DNA from: a virus
Lineage: Duplodnaviria; Heunggongvirae; Uroviricota; Caudoviricetes
Length of the DNA stretch: 33,724 bases
Direction: 5' to 3' (one strand)
Virus record (IMG/VR): IMGVR_UViG_2531839144_000010
Part shown: positions 1 to 9,207 of the stretch, piece by piece
Layout: every line of letters starts with the position of its first letter
Position numbering within the stretch: position 1 is the stretch's first letter
The notes under the pieces: generated by a model
Database searches by the model: none
What the model saw: the letters and a program-made list of their open reading frames with translations, nothing else
Told to the model about the DNA's origin: nothing
Translations under genes and position numbers: made by a program

Positions 1-1011
1 TTATAACGTCACTCCGCCTTTTAGTGGATTCAGAGCGACGGCATTTTGCAGATAGTCAGGCGCAAGGTGCGCATAGGCCATCGTCTGCTGAATGCTCGCA
101 TGTCCCAGAATCTGTTGCAGTGCGATTATATTGCCCCCATTCATCATGAAATGGCTTGCGAATGTATGCCGCAGGATGTGGGTTGCCTGATTGGGTGGTA
201 TATCAGGTTTCACTCTGCGTAAAATCCCGCAAAATTTCTCATAATCAACTTTGAATAATTTGGCGCTGGCCTCCTCTTTAACTTTTTTCTCCAGTTCCTC
301 AGAAATCGGCACGGTTCGCTTTTTACCGTTTTTGGTTTTCAGGAAGGTAACCCTGCAATTTGTAATCTGTGCTGGTTTTAGCGTGGCAACTTCCGTCCAT
401 CTTCCTCCAGTGCTCAGACATAAAAGCGCGACAAGTAAGTCATCACCAGCCAAAACATTTAACAGTTTTTCGATTTCTGCTTTTTCCAGGAACGTCATTT
501 CAGGGTTGGCCTCCGCCAGTGGCGGCAGTCCGTGAATTGGGTGTTGCCCGGAAAATTCATCCAATTGAATTAATTTTGTGAACATGCCGGATAATCGGTA
601 CATGTCACGGTTTATCGTTGCGGCACTGATACCATCACGTAGTCGCATGGAACGATAATCCATCAAAGCCCTTTTGCTCATCCTGCTCACTGGTATATCA
701 CCTATGCCGCTGATGGTTTTGAGTAGATGATTAAACTCTTTTGTTCCATGCTCGTGGTTTTGCCCGTGATATTTCCACCAGATGTCCAGCAACTCACTCA
801 AAGTCCGGCGGTCTGCTCGCTGGCCTCCCCATTCTTTCTGACTGGCATTGGCGATTGTGTATCGCTCAAATGCTAGTGCTTCAGCTTTTCTTTCGAATTT
901 CCTGCGGATGCGTTTTCCGTCGCGACCGCGAGGTCTAATGTCCACTTCATAGCGACCATCATCGAGCTTCTTAATTGCCATAAGAAAGCCCTCCGGCGCT
1001 GTATTCACCAT
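1..1011 (-). CDS. int: Tyrosine integrase (P2 Int-like), 336 aa
   Basis: Minus-strand ORF whose stop codon is nt 1-3; C-terminal region HILRHTFASHFMMNGG...LGHASIQQTMAYAHLAPDY has the R/H...H...Y layout of tyrosine recombinases; sits beside the repressor as in P2. Confidence 0.85.
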   Translation of the reverse strand: MVNTAPEGFLMAIKKLDDGRYEVDIRPRGRDGKRIRRKFERKAEALAFERYTIANASQKEWGGQRADRRTLSELLDIWWKYHGQNHEHGTKEFNHLLKTISGIGDIPVSRMSKRALMDYRSMRLRDGISAATINRDMYRLSGMFTKLIQLDEFSGQHPIHGLPPLAEANPEMTFLEKAEIEKLLNVLAGDDLLVALLCLSTGGRWTEVATLKPAQITNCRVTFLKTKNGKKRTVPISEELEKKVKEEASAKLFKVDYEKFCGILRRVKPDIPPNQATHILRHTFASHFMMNGGNIIALQQILGHASIQQTMAYAHLAPDYLQNAVALNPLKGGVTL

Positions 1012-1050
1012 CTTGGTAGCAAATGGTGAAAATGTAATCTTTATATAGAG

Positions 1051-1344
1051 TTAGCCAATCCTTTTCGCGGAGTGGTTGGACTCTGTTGACTCTGGCCCAA
1101 TGTGCGCGAGAGCCGGTGCGATTTGTCCTGCGTCCGGCGCGGTTTTATCTGTCATAAGCCATAGAGCATATTTTTGGAATGTGGGATGCATAGTGATTTT
1201 TAGCAAAGCTGTGCCACCGGGTTCAAAGTTTCCTCCTTCATATTTTTTAAGTGTGCTTAGCGGTAACTCTATGATTTCACAGAATTTTGATTGGCTTAGC
1301 CCTTCAGCCTCACGCAAGGCCTTAATCTTTTCGCTTAATTTCAT
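1051..1344 (-). CDS. C: Immunity repressor (P2 C-like), 97 aa
   Basis: Small minus-strand ORF with an N-terminal HTH-like segment (LSQSKFCEIIELPLSTLKKYEGG), divergent from cox across an operator-containing intergenic region. Confidence 0.75.
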   Translation of the reverse strand: MKLSEKIKALREAEGLSQSKFCEIIELPLSTLKKYEGGNFEPGGTALLKITMHPTFQKYALWLMTDKTAPDAGQIAPALAHIGPESTESNHSAKRIG

Positions 1345-1465
1345 TTGACACGGTGCCTATATAGGGACTAAATTCCCTCAAAACTGGAACCTATATAGGT
1401 TCCATTGATTTGAGAATAAACCAGCGTCTAAACGGTTTTGAGTGGTTTAGAAAGGGCTGGATCCT
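1345..1465. promoter_or_regulatory. Divergent early promoter/operator region between C and cox
   Basis: TTGACA at 1345-1350 with an 18-nt spacer to TAAATT (1369-1374) reading rightward; two copies of the 10-bp palindrome CCTATATAGG at 1356-1365 and 1390-1399, the second extended to a perfect 18-bp palindrome GGAACCTATATAGGTTCC (1386-1403). Confidence 0.55.
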
Positions 1466-1753
1466 ATGAGGGTACCATATATGGACGCTGAAAATTATGT
1501 GATTCAGTATCCGCTTGATGCGGTTCATGTGGATAAATTTGCTGATTTATTAGGGAAGCCAAAGACAGCCGTCAGTGAAATGGTGAAGGCAAATAAATTA
1601 CCAATTATTGAATTGCGTGATCCTTGCAAACCGAAGGCTCGTGCCGGTGAAAAATGGGTTTTCATTCCTGAGTTTAATCGCGCTGTACGTGAGGCGTTTT
1701 ATAACCGACCGGTTGAACAGCGTGATGCATGGCTTTTGTGGATGGGGTTGTGA
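1466..1753 (+). CDS. cox: Cox-like excisionase / early-promoter repressor, 90-95 aa
   Basis: First rightward gene after the operator region; small basic protein ending ...RDAWLLWMGL, resembling the P2 Cox / 186 Apl family; alternative start at 1481. Confidence 0.65.
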   Translation: MRVPYMDAENYVIQYPLDAVHVDKFADLLGKPKTAVSEMVKANKLPIIELRDPCKPKARAGEKWVFIPEFNRAVREAFYNRPVEQRDAWLLWMGL

Positions 1754-1755
1754 TT

Positions 1756-1926
1756 ATGAATGAGCCTCGTTGTATTGCTCAGTTATTGCGTAACGAAAGC
1801 CCCAGGGCGATTGACTTCACCATCACCCACGGTAAGGGGCGTAAGGGAATCATTATCCGCACCAAAAAACAGAGTCCGTTAAAAAAGGCTCTGACCTTTC
1901 TGAAAAGCCGGAGGGTATGGAAATGA
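1756..1926 (+). CDS. Small early protein of unknown function (position of P2 orf78)
   Basis: ATG at 1756 lies 3 nt after the cox stop; 56 aa; function not recognisable. Confidence 0.35.
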   Translation: MNEPRCIAQLLRNESPRAIDFTITHGKGRKGIIIRTKKQSPLKKALTFLKSRRVWK

Positions 1927-2423
1927 CAGTGATGACGCTCAATCTCGTTGAAAAACAGCCAGCAACTATGCGCCGGATAATTGGTAAGCATCTGGCCGTC
2001 CCTCGCTGGCAGGAGACATGCGATTATTATAATCAGATGATGGAACGCGAACGGCTAACGGTTTGCTTTCATGCGCAGTTAAAACAGCGTCACGCAACGA
2101 TGCGTTTTGAAGAAATGAACGACGTCGAACGTGAACGACTGGTATGTGCAATTGATGAATTGCGCGGGGCATTCTCAAAACGCCGTCAGGTTGGCGCAAG
2201 TGAGTATGCATATATTAGTTTTTTAACAGTCAGTCAGCGTCGCACTTTATTTATGCACGCACGACTGACAGAAAAAGAATTTAACCAGCCATACTGGCGA
2301 ATTAATGAAGAGTCATGTTACTGGCGTGATGCTTTATTCCGTGCATTACGTGAATTATTCAGCCTGTTTGAGTATGCACCGACAATTCTGACGTCGGTAA
2401 AACCAGAGCAATATCTGCATTAA
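1923..2423 (+). CDS. B: Replication protein B-like, 166 aa from the ATG at 1923
   Basis: Position between cox and A; size matches P2 B when started at 1923; overlaps the upstream ORF stop by 4 nt. The track start at 1917 would give 168 aa. Confidence 0.6.
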   Translation: MTVMTLNLVEKQPATMRRIIGKHLAVPRWQETCDYYNQMMERERLTVCFHAQLKQRHATMRFEEMNDVERERLVCAIDELRGAFSKRRQVGASEYAYISFLTVSQRRTLFMHARLTEKEFNQPYWRINEESCYWRDALFRALRELFSLFEYAPTILTSVKPEQYLH

Positions 2424-2486
2424 GTAATTAACCAGAGTTTTTAACGCACTTAATTGTGCGGGGCTTCTTTTTGCCTGGAGAAAGTC

Positions 2487-2711
2487 ATGCATACAGTTTC
2501 TGAAAATCAGTGCGGTAAATACGCATTACTGCTGCAACAGGCCAGAACCGAAGCACAGGCCGACGCAGCGACGCGCTTTTCTTCTCATCTTGACGCTATG
2601 ATTCGCCACATCACAAAGGCGGAGTTATCCCGCGTAGAGATAGTCGAGCTGCTCAGTCAGGAGTCGGAAAAATTTCACAATATCGGATTGTCTCGCGGGG
2701 AGGTGCTTTGA
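2487..2711 (+). CDS. Small early protein (P2 orf80 position)
   Basis: ATG at 2487 preceded by GGAG 6 nt upstream; 74 aa; unknown function. Confidence 0.4.
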   Translation: MHTVSENQCGKYALLLQQARTEAQADAATRFSSHLDAMIRHITKAELSRVEIVELLSQESEKFHNIGLSRGEVL

Positions 2712-3013
2712 TGTCCTGTTCTCGTTCAGTTGTATTACTGAATAACGCCTTAAAAATCACCGTTATGAAAAATGGCGATCTATCTCTTATTCAACTTGGT
2801 CTTGATAAAGAAAAACGCGAAATAACTGAGTCTGTTATCGCGATTTATCAGAACGAATTAAATCTCCTGTCTGATGTGGTCAATTTACTTGTTAAACGCG
2901 CTGTATTTCACAAGCAAATCTCCTCCGTGGATGAACTGACGAAATTAACGACAGAAATTGCCAGCTATTGCGCTGATGAATTTAAAAAACTTAACGACAA
3001 AAGGAACTGGTAA
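2711..3013 (+). CDS. Small early protein (P2 orf81 position)
   Basis: ATG at 2711 overlaps the upstream stop by 1 nt (translational coupling); 100 aa; unknown function. Confidence 0.4.
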   Translation: MSCSRSVVLLNNALKITVMKNGDLSLIQLGLDKEKREITESVIAIYQNELNLLSDVVNLLVKRAVFHKQISSVDELTKLTTEIASYCADEFKKLNDKRNW

Positions 3014-3237
3014 TGCCGGACAACGTAGATTTTATTCAGGAACAACAGGCTGAATTACTGGAGCGTCAGATTAACGCGGCAAGGGTAAAACATTGCGGAG
3101 CTTCTGCGCTGGTTTGCGAAGAGTGTGACGCGCCAATACCTGCTGCCCGTCGTGCGGCTTATCCGTCAGCCACGCGTTGTGTTTCCTGCCAGTCAGTCTT
3201 TGAAGCAAAAAACAAACATTACCGGAGAACGGCATGA
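3013..3237 (+). CDS. TraR/DksA-family C4 zinc-finger protein (P2 orf82 position), 74 aa
   Basis: C-x2-C...C-x2-C motif (CEECDAP...RCVSCQ) in a 74-aa protein, typical of phage TraR-like proteins. Confidence 0.6.
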   Translation: MPDNVDFIQEQQAELLERQINAARVKHCGASALVCEECDAPIPAARRAAYPSATRCVSCQSVFEAKNKHYRRTA

Positions 3238-3509
3238 GTATTCGTATTGAAATTGGCGAACGTTATGTCGTTACCAGTGACAGCTTTCAGTTTATTCTCC
3301 ACGAGAAAAAGAGAGCGGAAAGCGGTAAAAACGCCGGTCAGGAATGGCTGGCGGTGGTTGGTTATTATCCGAAATTAAGCCAGCTCGTTTCCGGCCTGAT
3401 GCATCACGATATTCTGACCGGAAGCGCAAAGTCTTTTGCTGATTTAAACGCGCAGGTTGAGCAACTCAGCAGGCGTTGTTCAGAGGCTTTTGGCTCATAT
3501 GGCCGTTAA
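3234..3509 (+). CDS. Small early protein (P2 orf83 position)
   Basis: ORF overlapping the upstream stop by 4 nt; 91 aa; unknown function. Confidence 0.4.
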   Translation: MSIRIEIGERYVVTSDSFQFILHEKKRAESGKNAGQEWLAVVGYYPKLSQLVSGLMHHDILTGSAKSFADLNAQVEQLSRRCSEAFGSYGR

Positions 3510-5784
3510 AGCCTCCGGGCGTTTTGTCCCTCCTTCAGCATTTGTTGCAGGCACCGGTAAGGCGTTTACCGGTGCTTATGCATGGAACGCGCCACGCGAG
3601 GCCGTCGGGCGCGAAAGACCCCTTACACGTGACGAGATGCGTCAGGTGCAAGGTGTTTTATCCACGATTAACCGCCTGCCTTACTTTTTGCGCTCGCTGT
3701 TTACTTCACGCTATGACTACATCCGGCGCAATAAAAGCCCGGTACACGGGTTTTATTTCCTCACATCCACTTTTCAGCGTCGTTTATGGCCGCGCATTGA
3801 GCGTGTGAATCAGCGCCATGAAATGAACACCGACGCGTCGTTACTGTTTCTGGCAGAGCGTGACCACTATGCGCGCCTGCCGGGAATGAATGACAAGGAG
3901 CTGAAAAAGTTTGCTGCCCGTATCTCATCGCAGCTTTTCATGATGTATGGGGAACTCAGCGATGCCTGGGTGGATGCGCATGGCGAAAAAGAATCGCTGT
4001 TTACGGATGAGGCGCAGGCTCACCTCTATGGTCATGTTGCTGGCGCTGCACGTGCTTTCAATATTTCCCCTCTCTACTGGAAAAAATACCGTAAAGGGCA
4101 GATGACCACGAGGCAGGCATATTCTGCCATTGCCCGTCTGTTTAACGATGAGTGGTGGACTCATCAGCTTAAAGGCCAGCGTATGCGCTGGCATGAAGCG
4201 TTACTGATAGCTGTCGGGGAGGTCAATAAAGACCGTTCTCCTTATGCCAGTAAACACGCCATTCGTGATGTGCGTGCGCGCCGCCAGGCAAATCTGGAAT
4301 TTCTTAAATCGTGTGACCTTGAAAACAGGGAAACCGGCGAGCGCATCGACCTTATCAGTAAGGTGATGGGCAGTATTTCTAATCCTGAAATTCGCCGGAT
4401 GGAGCTGATGAACACCATTGCCGGTATTGAGCGTTACGCCGCCGCAGAGGGTGATGTGGGGATGTTTATCACGCTGACCGCGCCGTCAAAGTATCACCCG
4501 ACTCGTCAGGTCAGAAAAGGCGAAAGTAAAACCGTTCAGCTTAATCACGGCTGGAACGATGAGGCATTTAATCCAAAGGATGCGCAGCGTTATCTCTGCC
4601 GTATCTGGAGCCTGATGCGCACGGCATTCAAGGATAATGATTTACAGGTCTACGGTTTGCGAGTCGTCGAGCCACACCACGACGGAACGCCGCACTGGCA
4701 TATGATGCTTTTTTGTAATCCACGCCAGCGTAACCAGATTATCGAAATCATGCGTCGCTATGCGCTCAAAGAGGATGGCGACGAAAGAGGAGCCGCGCGA
4801 AACCGTTTTCAGGCAAAACACCTTAACCGGGGCGGTGCTGCGGGATATATCGCGAAATACATTTCAAAAAATATCGACGGCTATGCACTGGACGGTCAGC
4901 TCGATAACGATACCGGCAGACCGCTGAAAGATACTGCGGCGGCTGTTACCGCATGGGCGTCAACGTGGCGCATCCCGCAATTTAAAACGGTTGGCCTGCC
5001 GACAATGGGAGCTTACCGTGAGCTACGTAAATTGCCTCGCGGCGTCAGCATTGCTGATGAATTTGACGAACGCGTGGAGGCTGCACGCGCCGCCGCAGAC
5101 AGTGGCGATTTTGCGCTGTATATCAGCGCGCAGGGCGGGGCAAATGTCCCGCGCGATTGTCAGACTGTCAGGGTTGCCCGTAGTCCGTCGGATGAAGTTA
5201 ACGAGTACGAGGAAGAAGTCGAGAGAGTGGTCGGCATTTACGCGCCGCATCTCGGCGCGCGTCATATTCATATCACCAGAACGACGGACTGGCGCATTGT
5301 TCCGAAAGTGCCGGTCGTTGAGCCTTTGACTTTAAAAAGCGGCATCGCCGCGCCTCGGAGTCCTGTCAATAACTGTGGAAAACTCACCGGTGGTGATACT
5401 TCGTTACCGGCTCCCACACCTTCTGAGCACGCCGCAGCAGTGCTTAATCTGGTTGATGACGGTGTTATCGAATGGAATGACCCGGAGGTCGTGAGGACGC
5501 TCAGGGGGGCATTAAAACACGGCCTGAAAACACCAAATCGTCAGCAAAGAAACGGAAGCCCGTTAAAACCACATGAAATTGCACCGTCGGCCAGACTGAC
5601 CCGGTCGGAACGATTGCAGATTACCCGTATTCGCGTTGACCTCGCTCAGAACGGTATCAGGCCGCAGCGATGGGAGCTTGAGGCGCTGGCGTGTGGCGCG
5701 ACCGTAAATTATGACGGGAAAAAATTCACGTATCCGGTCGCTGATGAGTGGCCGGGATTCTCAACAGTAATGGAGTGGACATGA
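3499..5784 (+). CDS. A: Rolling-circle replication initiator A (HUH endonuclease), 761 aa
   Basis: HUH-like motif TPHWHMMLF and paired-tyrosine motif GYIAKYISKNIDGY; 761 aa from the ATG at 3499 matches P2 A length. The phage origin is expected inside this gene but I cannot place it. Confidence 0.85.
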   Translation: MAVKASGRFVPPSAFVAGTGKAFTGAYAWNAPREAVGRERPLTRDEMRQVQGVLSTINRLPYFLRSLFTSRYDYIRRNKSPVHGFYFLTSTFQRRLWPRIERVNQRHEMNTDASLLFLAERDHYARLPGMNDKELKKFAARISSQLFMMYGELSDAWVDAHGEKESLFTDEAQAHLYGHVAGAARAFNISPLYWKKYRKGQMTTRQAYSAIARLFNDEWWTHQLKGQRMRWHEALLIAVGEVNKDRSPYASKHAIRDVRARRQANLEFLKSCDLENRETGERIDLISKVMGSISNPEIRRMELMNTIAGIERYAAAEGDVGMFITLTAPSKYHPTRQVRKGESKTVQLNHGWNDEAFNPKDAQRYLCRIWSLMRTAFKDNDLQVYGLRVVEPHHDGTPHWHMMLFCNPRQRNQIIEIMRRYALKEDGDERGAARNRFQAKHLNRGGAAGYIAKYISKNIDGYALDGQLDNDTGRPLKDTAAAVTAWASTWRIPQFKTVGLPTMGAYRELRKLPRGVSIADEFDERVEAARAAADSGDFALYISAQGGANVPRDCQTVRVARSPSDEVNEYEEEVERVVGIYAPHLGARHIHITRTTDWRIVPKVPVVEPLTLKSGIAAPRSPVNNCGKLTGGDTSLPAPTPSEHAAAVLNLVDDGVIEWNDPEVVRTLRGALKHGLKTPNRQQRNGSPLKPHEIAPSARLTRSERLQITRIRVDLAQNGIRPQRWELEALACGATVNYDGKKFTYPVADEWPGFSTVMEWT

Positions 5785-6110
5785 TGGCAAAAATTCACGA
5801 GGTAAAGCTGCACGCAAAATATTTCGACCTTGTACTGGAAGGAAAGAAACGCGCAGAGTTTCGGAAAAAAGATCGTAATTATGAGCGCGGGGACACGTTG
5901 ATTTTGCATGAATGGGTGCAGGGTGTGTTTACGGGGCGAAAGGTTGAAGCCCAGATAACAGATGTTACTGACCTGTCAGACTGGCTGGAAGATTATGTCT
6001 TGCTGCACAGAATACTAGGTGAGATACTGCCGCTGACTGTCAAGCTGGCAGTATCCTCCACATTTTTTATAAATCTAAGGCGAAGAACGGTGGCAATATA
6101 TTTGCTTTAA
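5781..6110 (+). CDS. ASCH/DUF3850-like small protein (P2 orf91 position)
   Basis: ATG at 5781/5784 overlaps the A stop; N-terminus MAKIHEVKLHAKYFDLVLEGKKRAEFRKKDRNYERGDTLILHEW resembles the DUF3850/ASCH family by eye. Confidence 0.5.
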   Translation: MMAKIHEVKLHAKYFDLVLEGKKRAEFRKKDRNYERGDTLILHEWVQGVFTGRKVEAQITDVTDLSDWLEDYVLLHRILGEILPLTVKLAVSSTFFINLRRRTVAIYLL

Positions 6111-6148
6111 ATTGTAAATAAGCAAATTATTCTAAGCCACAAATAATA

Positions 6149-6910
6149 TCAATTGAGTATCGATTTTCGTTCGAATATAACCATAACGCCAAGCGTCAAA
6201 TATAAGTCATCTATATGTGATTCGTATTCATATTGGTCAGCATCAGGAGATAGTAAATGCTCTGCTGCTGTAAAAACATCAATTGTAACAGATATATCAT
6301 CTGGAATTTCTTTATTTAATTCATATATGTATTTTTTATATTTGTTTTTTAATTTCCTTATCATGTCTTCCTTATGGTGGATTGTAGTGCAGTAATTTTT
6401 TTTAGTTGAATCATTGTATGAATGGAATAAACAGTTTAATGCTAGTTCAAGGCTTGAACTCCCCGTAGGACCTGTGTGTTTAAAGTATTCAAGATTTCTT
6501 CTTATGTCAGAAAATAAAAGTTTTTTACTGGGGTTGTTTCCTTTAACTTCTATTGCACATATAGGAGTCTCGAAAAATGATCTACTGTCCAATATGGCAA
6601 TATCGATTCTGCCTGGTCTTTTTGTATTTGCATTTTTTCTGATAATGTGTCTTGAGAATATATTGTTGGGGTCATGCCGTTTCGATAAAGGGACTGTTGC
6701 ATTAATGAATTTATTTGTATGGTATTCAAATATGATCTTGTAATCACCATGATGAAAAGATGTTATTTTAATCAAGGATTGACCTATAGATACGGTAGCT
6801 ACATATTCAGTGTTTATTTTTCCACCGGAACTGAAATCCATTAAATAAGTAGCTTTGGCTGACTTTTGCATTCCAGCTTTTACGGCTTTCAAAATCTCCA
6901 TGTTATTCAT
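6149..6910 (-). CDS. Tin-like cargo protein, 253 aa, with a possible PD-(D/E)xK-like motif
   Basis: AT-rich minus-strand ORF at the position of P2 tin, next to old; segment GRIDIAILD...ICAIEVKG has D...E-x-K spacing reminiscent of restriction-endonuclease-fold proteins. Assignment is positional; the motif is unverified. Confidence 0.5.
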   Translation of the reverse strand: MNNMEILKAVKAGMQKSAKATYLMDFSSGGKINTEYVATVSIGQSLIKITSFHHGDYKIIFEYHTNKFINATVPLSKRHDPNNIFSRHIIRKNANTKRPGRIDIAILDSRSFFETPICAIEVKGNNPSKKLLFSDIRRNLEYFKHTGPTGSSSLELALNCLFHSYNDSTKKNYCTTIHHKEDMIRKLKNKYKKYIYELNKEIPDDISVTIDVFTAAEHLLSPDADQYEYESHIDDLYLTLGVMVIFERKSILN

Positions 6911-7093
6911 ATCAACTCCTTTTGTATCATAATATTTTCATCATTGTAAATCGTAATGATTGATTTGTTTGTGTGCTTAGGTTTTTTGATTAGCGAATTT
7001 ATAACACATTCTGATTTTGAGATCACCATCTTTGGGAACAGCACAGCCTATCACTATTGGTTTAGTACTGCGCTGTAATCGTATCAGATTAAA

Positions 7094-8854
7094 TTAAATC
7101 CATTTAATGAAATCTTCCATTTCATCATATTTTTTTATTACTGCTCTAACATCTTTGCTTTCATCACATAAACAATCTAAAAGACTATCCCATTCAGTTT
7201 GTTTTTTACCAAATCCATAAACAGCTTCTATATCACCGGATTTCCATATATAGATTCCATTATCTTTCAATTTTTGATGGATTTCATGTATATGTTTTTG
7301 TGTTTTTTCATGATTACATATTTTGATGAAGTCTTTGCTTGAAATGCTTTTGAATGACTCAAAAGTAGTGACTTTTGTATTTAAATTAAGCTCGCCTGAG
7401 TTGATTGATTCAGTCAAAGCAGTCAAGAGATTATCACATTCAGTACTAAGTAAGTCTTTATGCTCTGTTAATAGGATGTTTGATAAGAAATCACAATCAG
7501 CTAGAATTCTTGTTCTTATACCAATGGCATTGATGATTTGTGACATCTTAAATAAACTACCCTTACCGTCAACGGCAACAATGCAGATTTTACTTGGGTT
7601 GAGTTCATGTCCGTTAATTTTTTTATAAAGTGCATATAGGACGTTTGTCTCTGTTTTTCCTTCAACAAGCAAAACTTCTTCTGAAAATAAGAAATATGAT
7701 GAATTTGATAGTGTGAATGCTGAGTGCAATTGCGGTGATGAAGACTTATATAATTCTTCGATTTTTTCAGATATGGTCTTCCTTGCTATGGTTCCATTAG
7801 AATCCTTACAAACCTGAATCGCATTTGCTGCGTGCTTTGCAGAAAGCATACTGGCTGAGTGAGTTGATATTATAACCTGATACCCTGATTCACTTAATGT
7901 GACAAGTGATTCTCTGACAGAATTAATAGCTGAAGGGTGTAAATATAACTCAGGTTCATCAATGAAAATTAAAGTATTTGATTTTTTTGATTCGCTGTTT
8001 TCTTTTTTTATTTCGGCCAGGTATTGAATTAATGCCATTTGAATGGAACGTTGTGTTCCGTGACCAAATCGGCTGATATCTCTCATTACTGGTTCATCTT
8101 CCCGAGACTCAAAAACTTTCAGGGTTCCGGATTTAAATATTTCATCTAATGTCGGTGTGGGAAAGTGTAACTTTACACTTACGTCAGGAAAAAATTGGTT
8201 TACTTTTTTATTTACACCCGAGTCTATTTTATTAAGGCTTTCTAATCTGTTCTCACCGTTGTGAGAAAGATATTTACCTATTTCTGATATATTTTTTGAG
8301 AATTTCTCTTCGTGCTCTTGCTTTATTTCAGAAACAATTGCGGAAAGTATCTTTCCTATTGTGGTCGTATTTTTACATTTTGTTGAGTCTTCGACGGCGT
8401 CAGACATTGCAGGGATATGAATTGGTTCCGGAAATATATTGGAAATTGCACCATCTATGCCGCCAGGGTTTTTCTTCCACGTGGTGCCATCATATACATC
8501 CAGACTTTTTTTGACTTTTCCTGTTTCCTTATTAAATTCCTGTCTTCTTGCAAAGGTAAGAGTCCCGTCAATTATAAACGGAGCTATTTTTTGTTGATTC
8601 TCTTCTGTTAACAAAGACAGAGTATCATCTGTTATACCTTGAATAACGCCTTCAACGGATACGGGGTGTGTAGGATCGTACACATCTGATTCTGAAATCA
8701 AAGAGCCATCTAACAGCCACTTAATTGCTAAGATGATATTTGATTTTCCTGCGTTATTATAACCAACTAAAGCAGTAAAGGGGCGCAAAATAGCCGATGT
8801 TGCCTTACAAGAACGAAAGTTGCTAATTGAAACTGAAGCAAGACGTACAGTCAT
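7094..8854 (-). CDS. old: OLD-family nuclease (ABC-type ATPase + TOPRIM), 586 aa
   Basis: Walker A GYNNAGKS near the N-terminus, Walker B-like LIFIDEPELYLH, H-loop-like ISTHS, then a C-terminal TOPRIM-like region (LLVEGKTE ... IVAVDGKG); size and position match P2 old; AT-rich relative to flanks. Confidence 0.85.
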   Translation of the reverse strand: MTVRLASVSISNFRSCKATSAILRPFTALVGYNNAGKSNIILAIKWLLDGSLISESDVYDPTHPVSVEGVIQGITDDTLSLLTEENQQKIAPFIIDGTLTFARRQEFNKETGKVKKSLDVYDGTTWKKNPGGIDGAISNIFPEPIHIPAMSDAVEDSTKCKNTTTIGKILSAIVSEIKQEHEEKFSKNISEIGKYLSHNGENRLESLNKIDSGVNKKVNQFFPDVSVKLHFPTPTLDEIFKSGTLKVFESREDEPVMRDISRFGHGTQRSIQMALIQYLAEIKKENSESKKSNTLIFIDEPELYLHPSAINSVRESLVTLSESGYQVIISTHSASMLSAKHAANAIQVCKDSNGTIARKTISEKIEELYKSSSPQLHSAFTLSNSSYFLFSEEVLLVEGKTETNVLYALYKKINGHELNPSKICIVAVDGKGSLFKMSQIINAIGIRTRILADCDFLSNILLTEHKDLLSTECDNLLTALTESINSGELNLNTKVTTFESFKSISSKDFIKICNHEKTQKHIHEIHQKLKDNGIYIWKSGDIEAVYGFGKKQTEWDSLLDCLCDESKDVRAVIKKYDEMEDFIKWI

Positions 8855-9048
8855 TATTTTTCCTTAAATGTGCTATTTGTATGCAATGAGTTCATACGAA
8901 ACGTTTTTTTACATTTTATACTCGTTGCATTCAAGGGTGCATGAGATTGCATTAAGGGAAACTGTGATATGGCTTGGCTTTTGACTAGAAAAACTGATGG
9001 TTCATTAGTTTTATTAAGGTGCATCAAAACCGCCTCATGAAGCGGGCG

Positions 9049-9067
9049 GGCGAGGCGGGGAAAGCAC
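9049..9067. other. cos site (19-nt cohesive-end sequence GGCGAGGCGGGGAAAGCAC)
   Basis: Exact match to the P2 cohesive-end sequence as I recall it, located between old and Q where P2 cos lies. Confidence 0.8.
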
Positions 9068-9207
9068 TGCGCGCTGGCGGTGGTGCTGATTTTATTTTTT
9101 CAGCGTCTCAGCGCGTCGTGATGGCGCTTAGTCTGCCCGTTGAGGTGTTGGTGTGTCTGCGGGGTGTTTTGTGCGGTGGTGAGCGTGTAAGGGCGTGATG
9201 ACGGGGT

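Noticed and set aside
6153-8611. Plus-strand ORFs within the tin/old island (6153-6395, 6414-6743, 7323-7628, 8296-8514, 8417-8611).
   Set aside because: All overlap tin or old on the opposite strand; their low-complexity AT-rich translations look like frame artefacts rather than extra defence genes.
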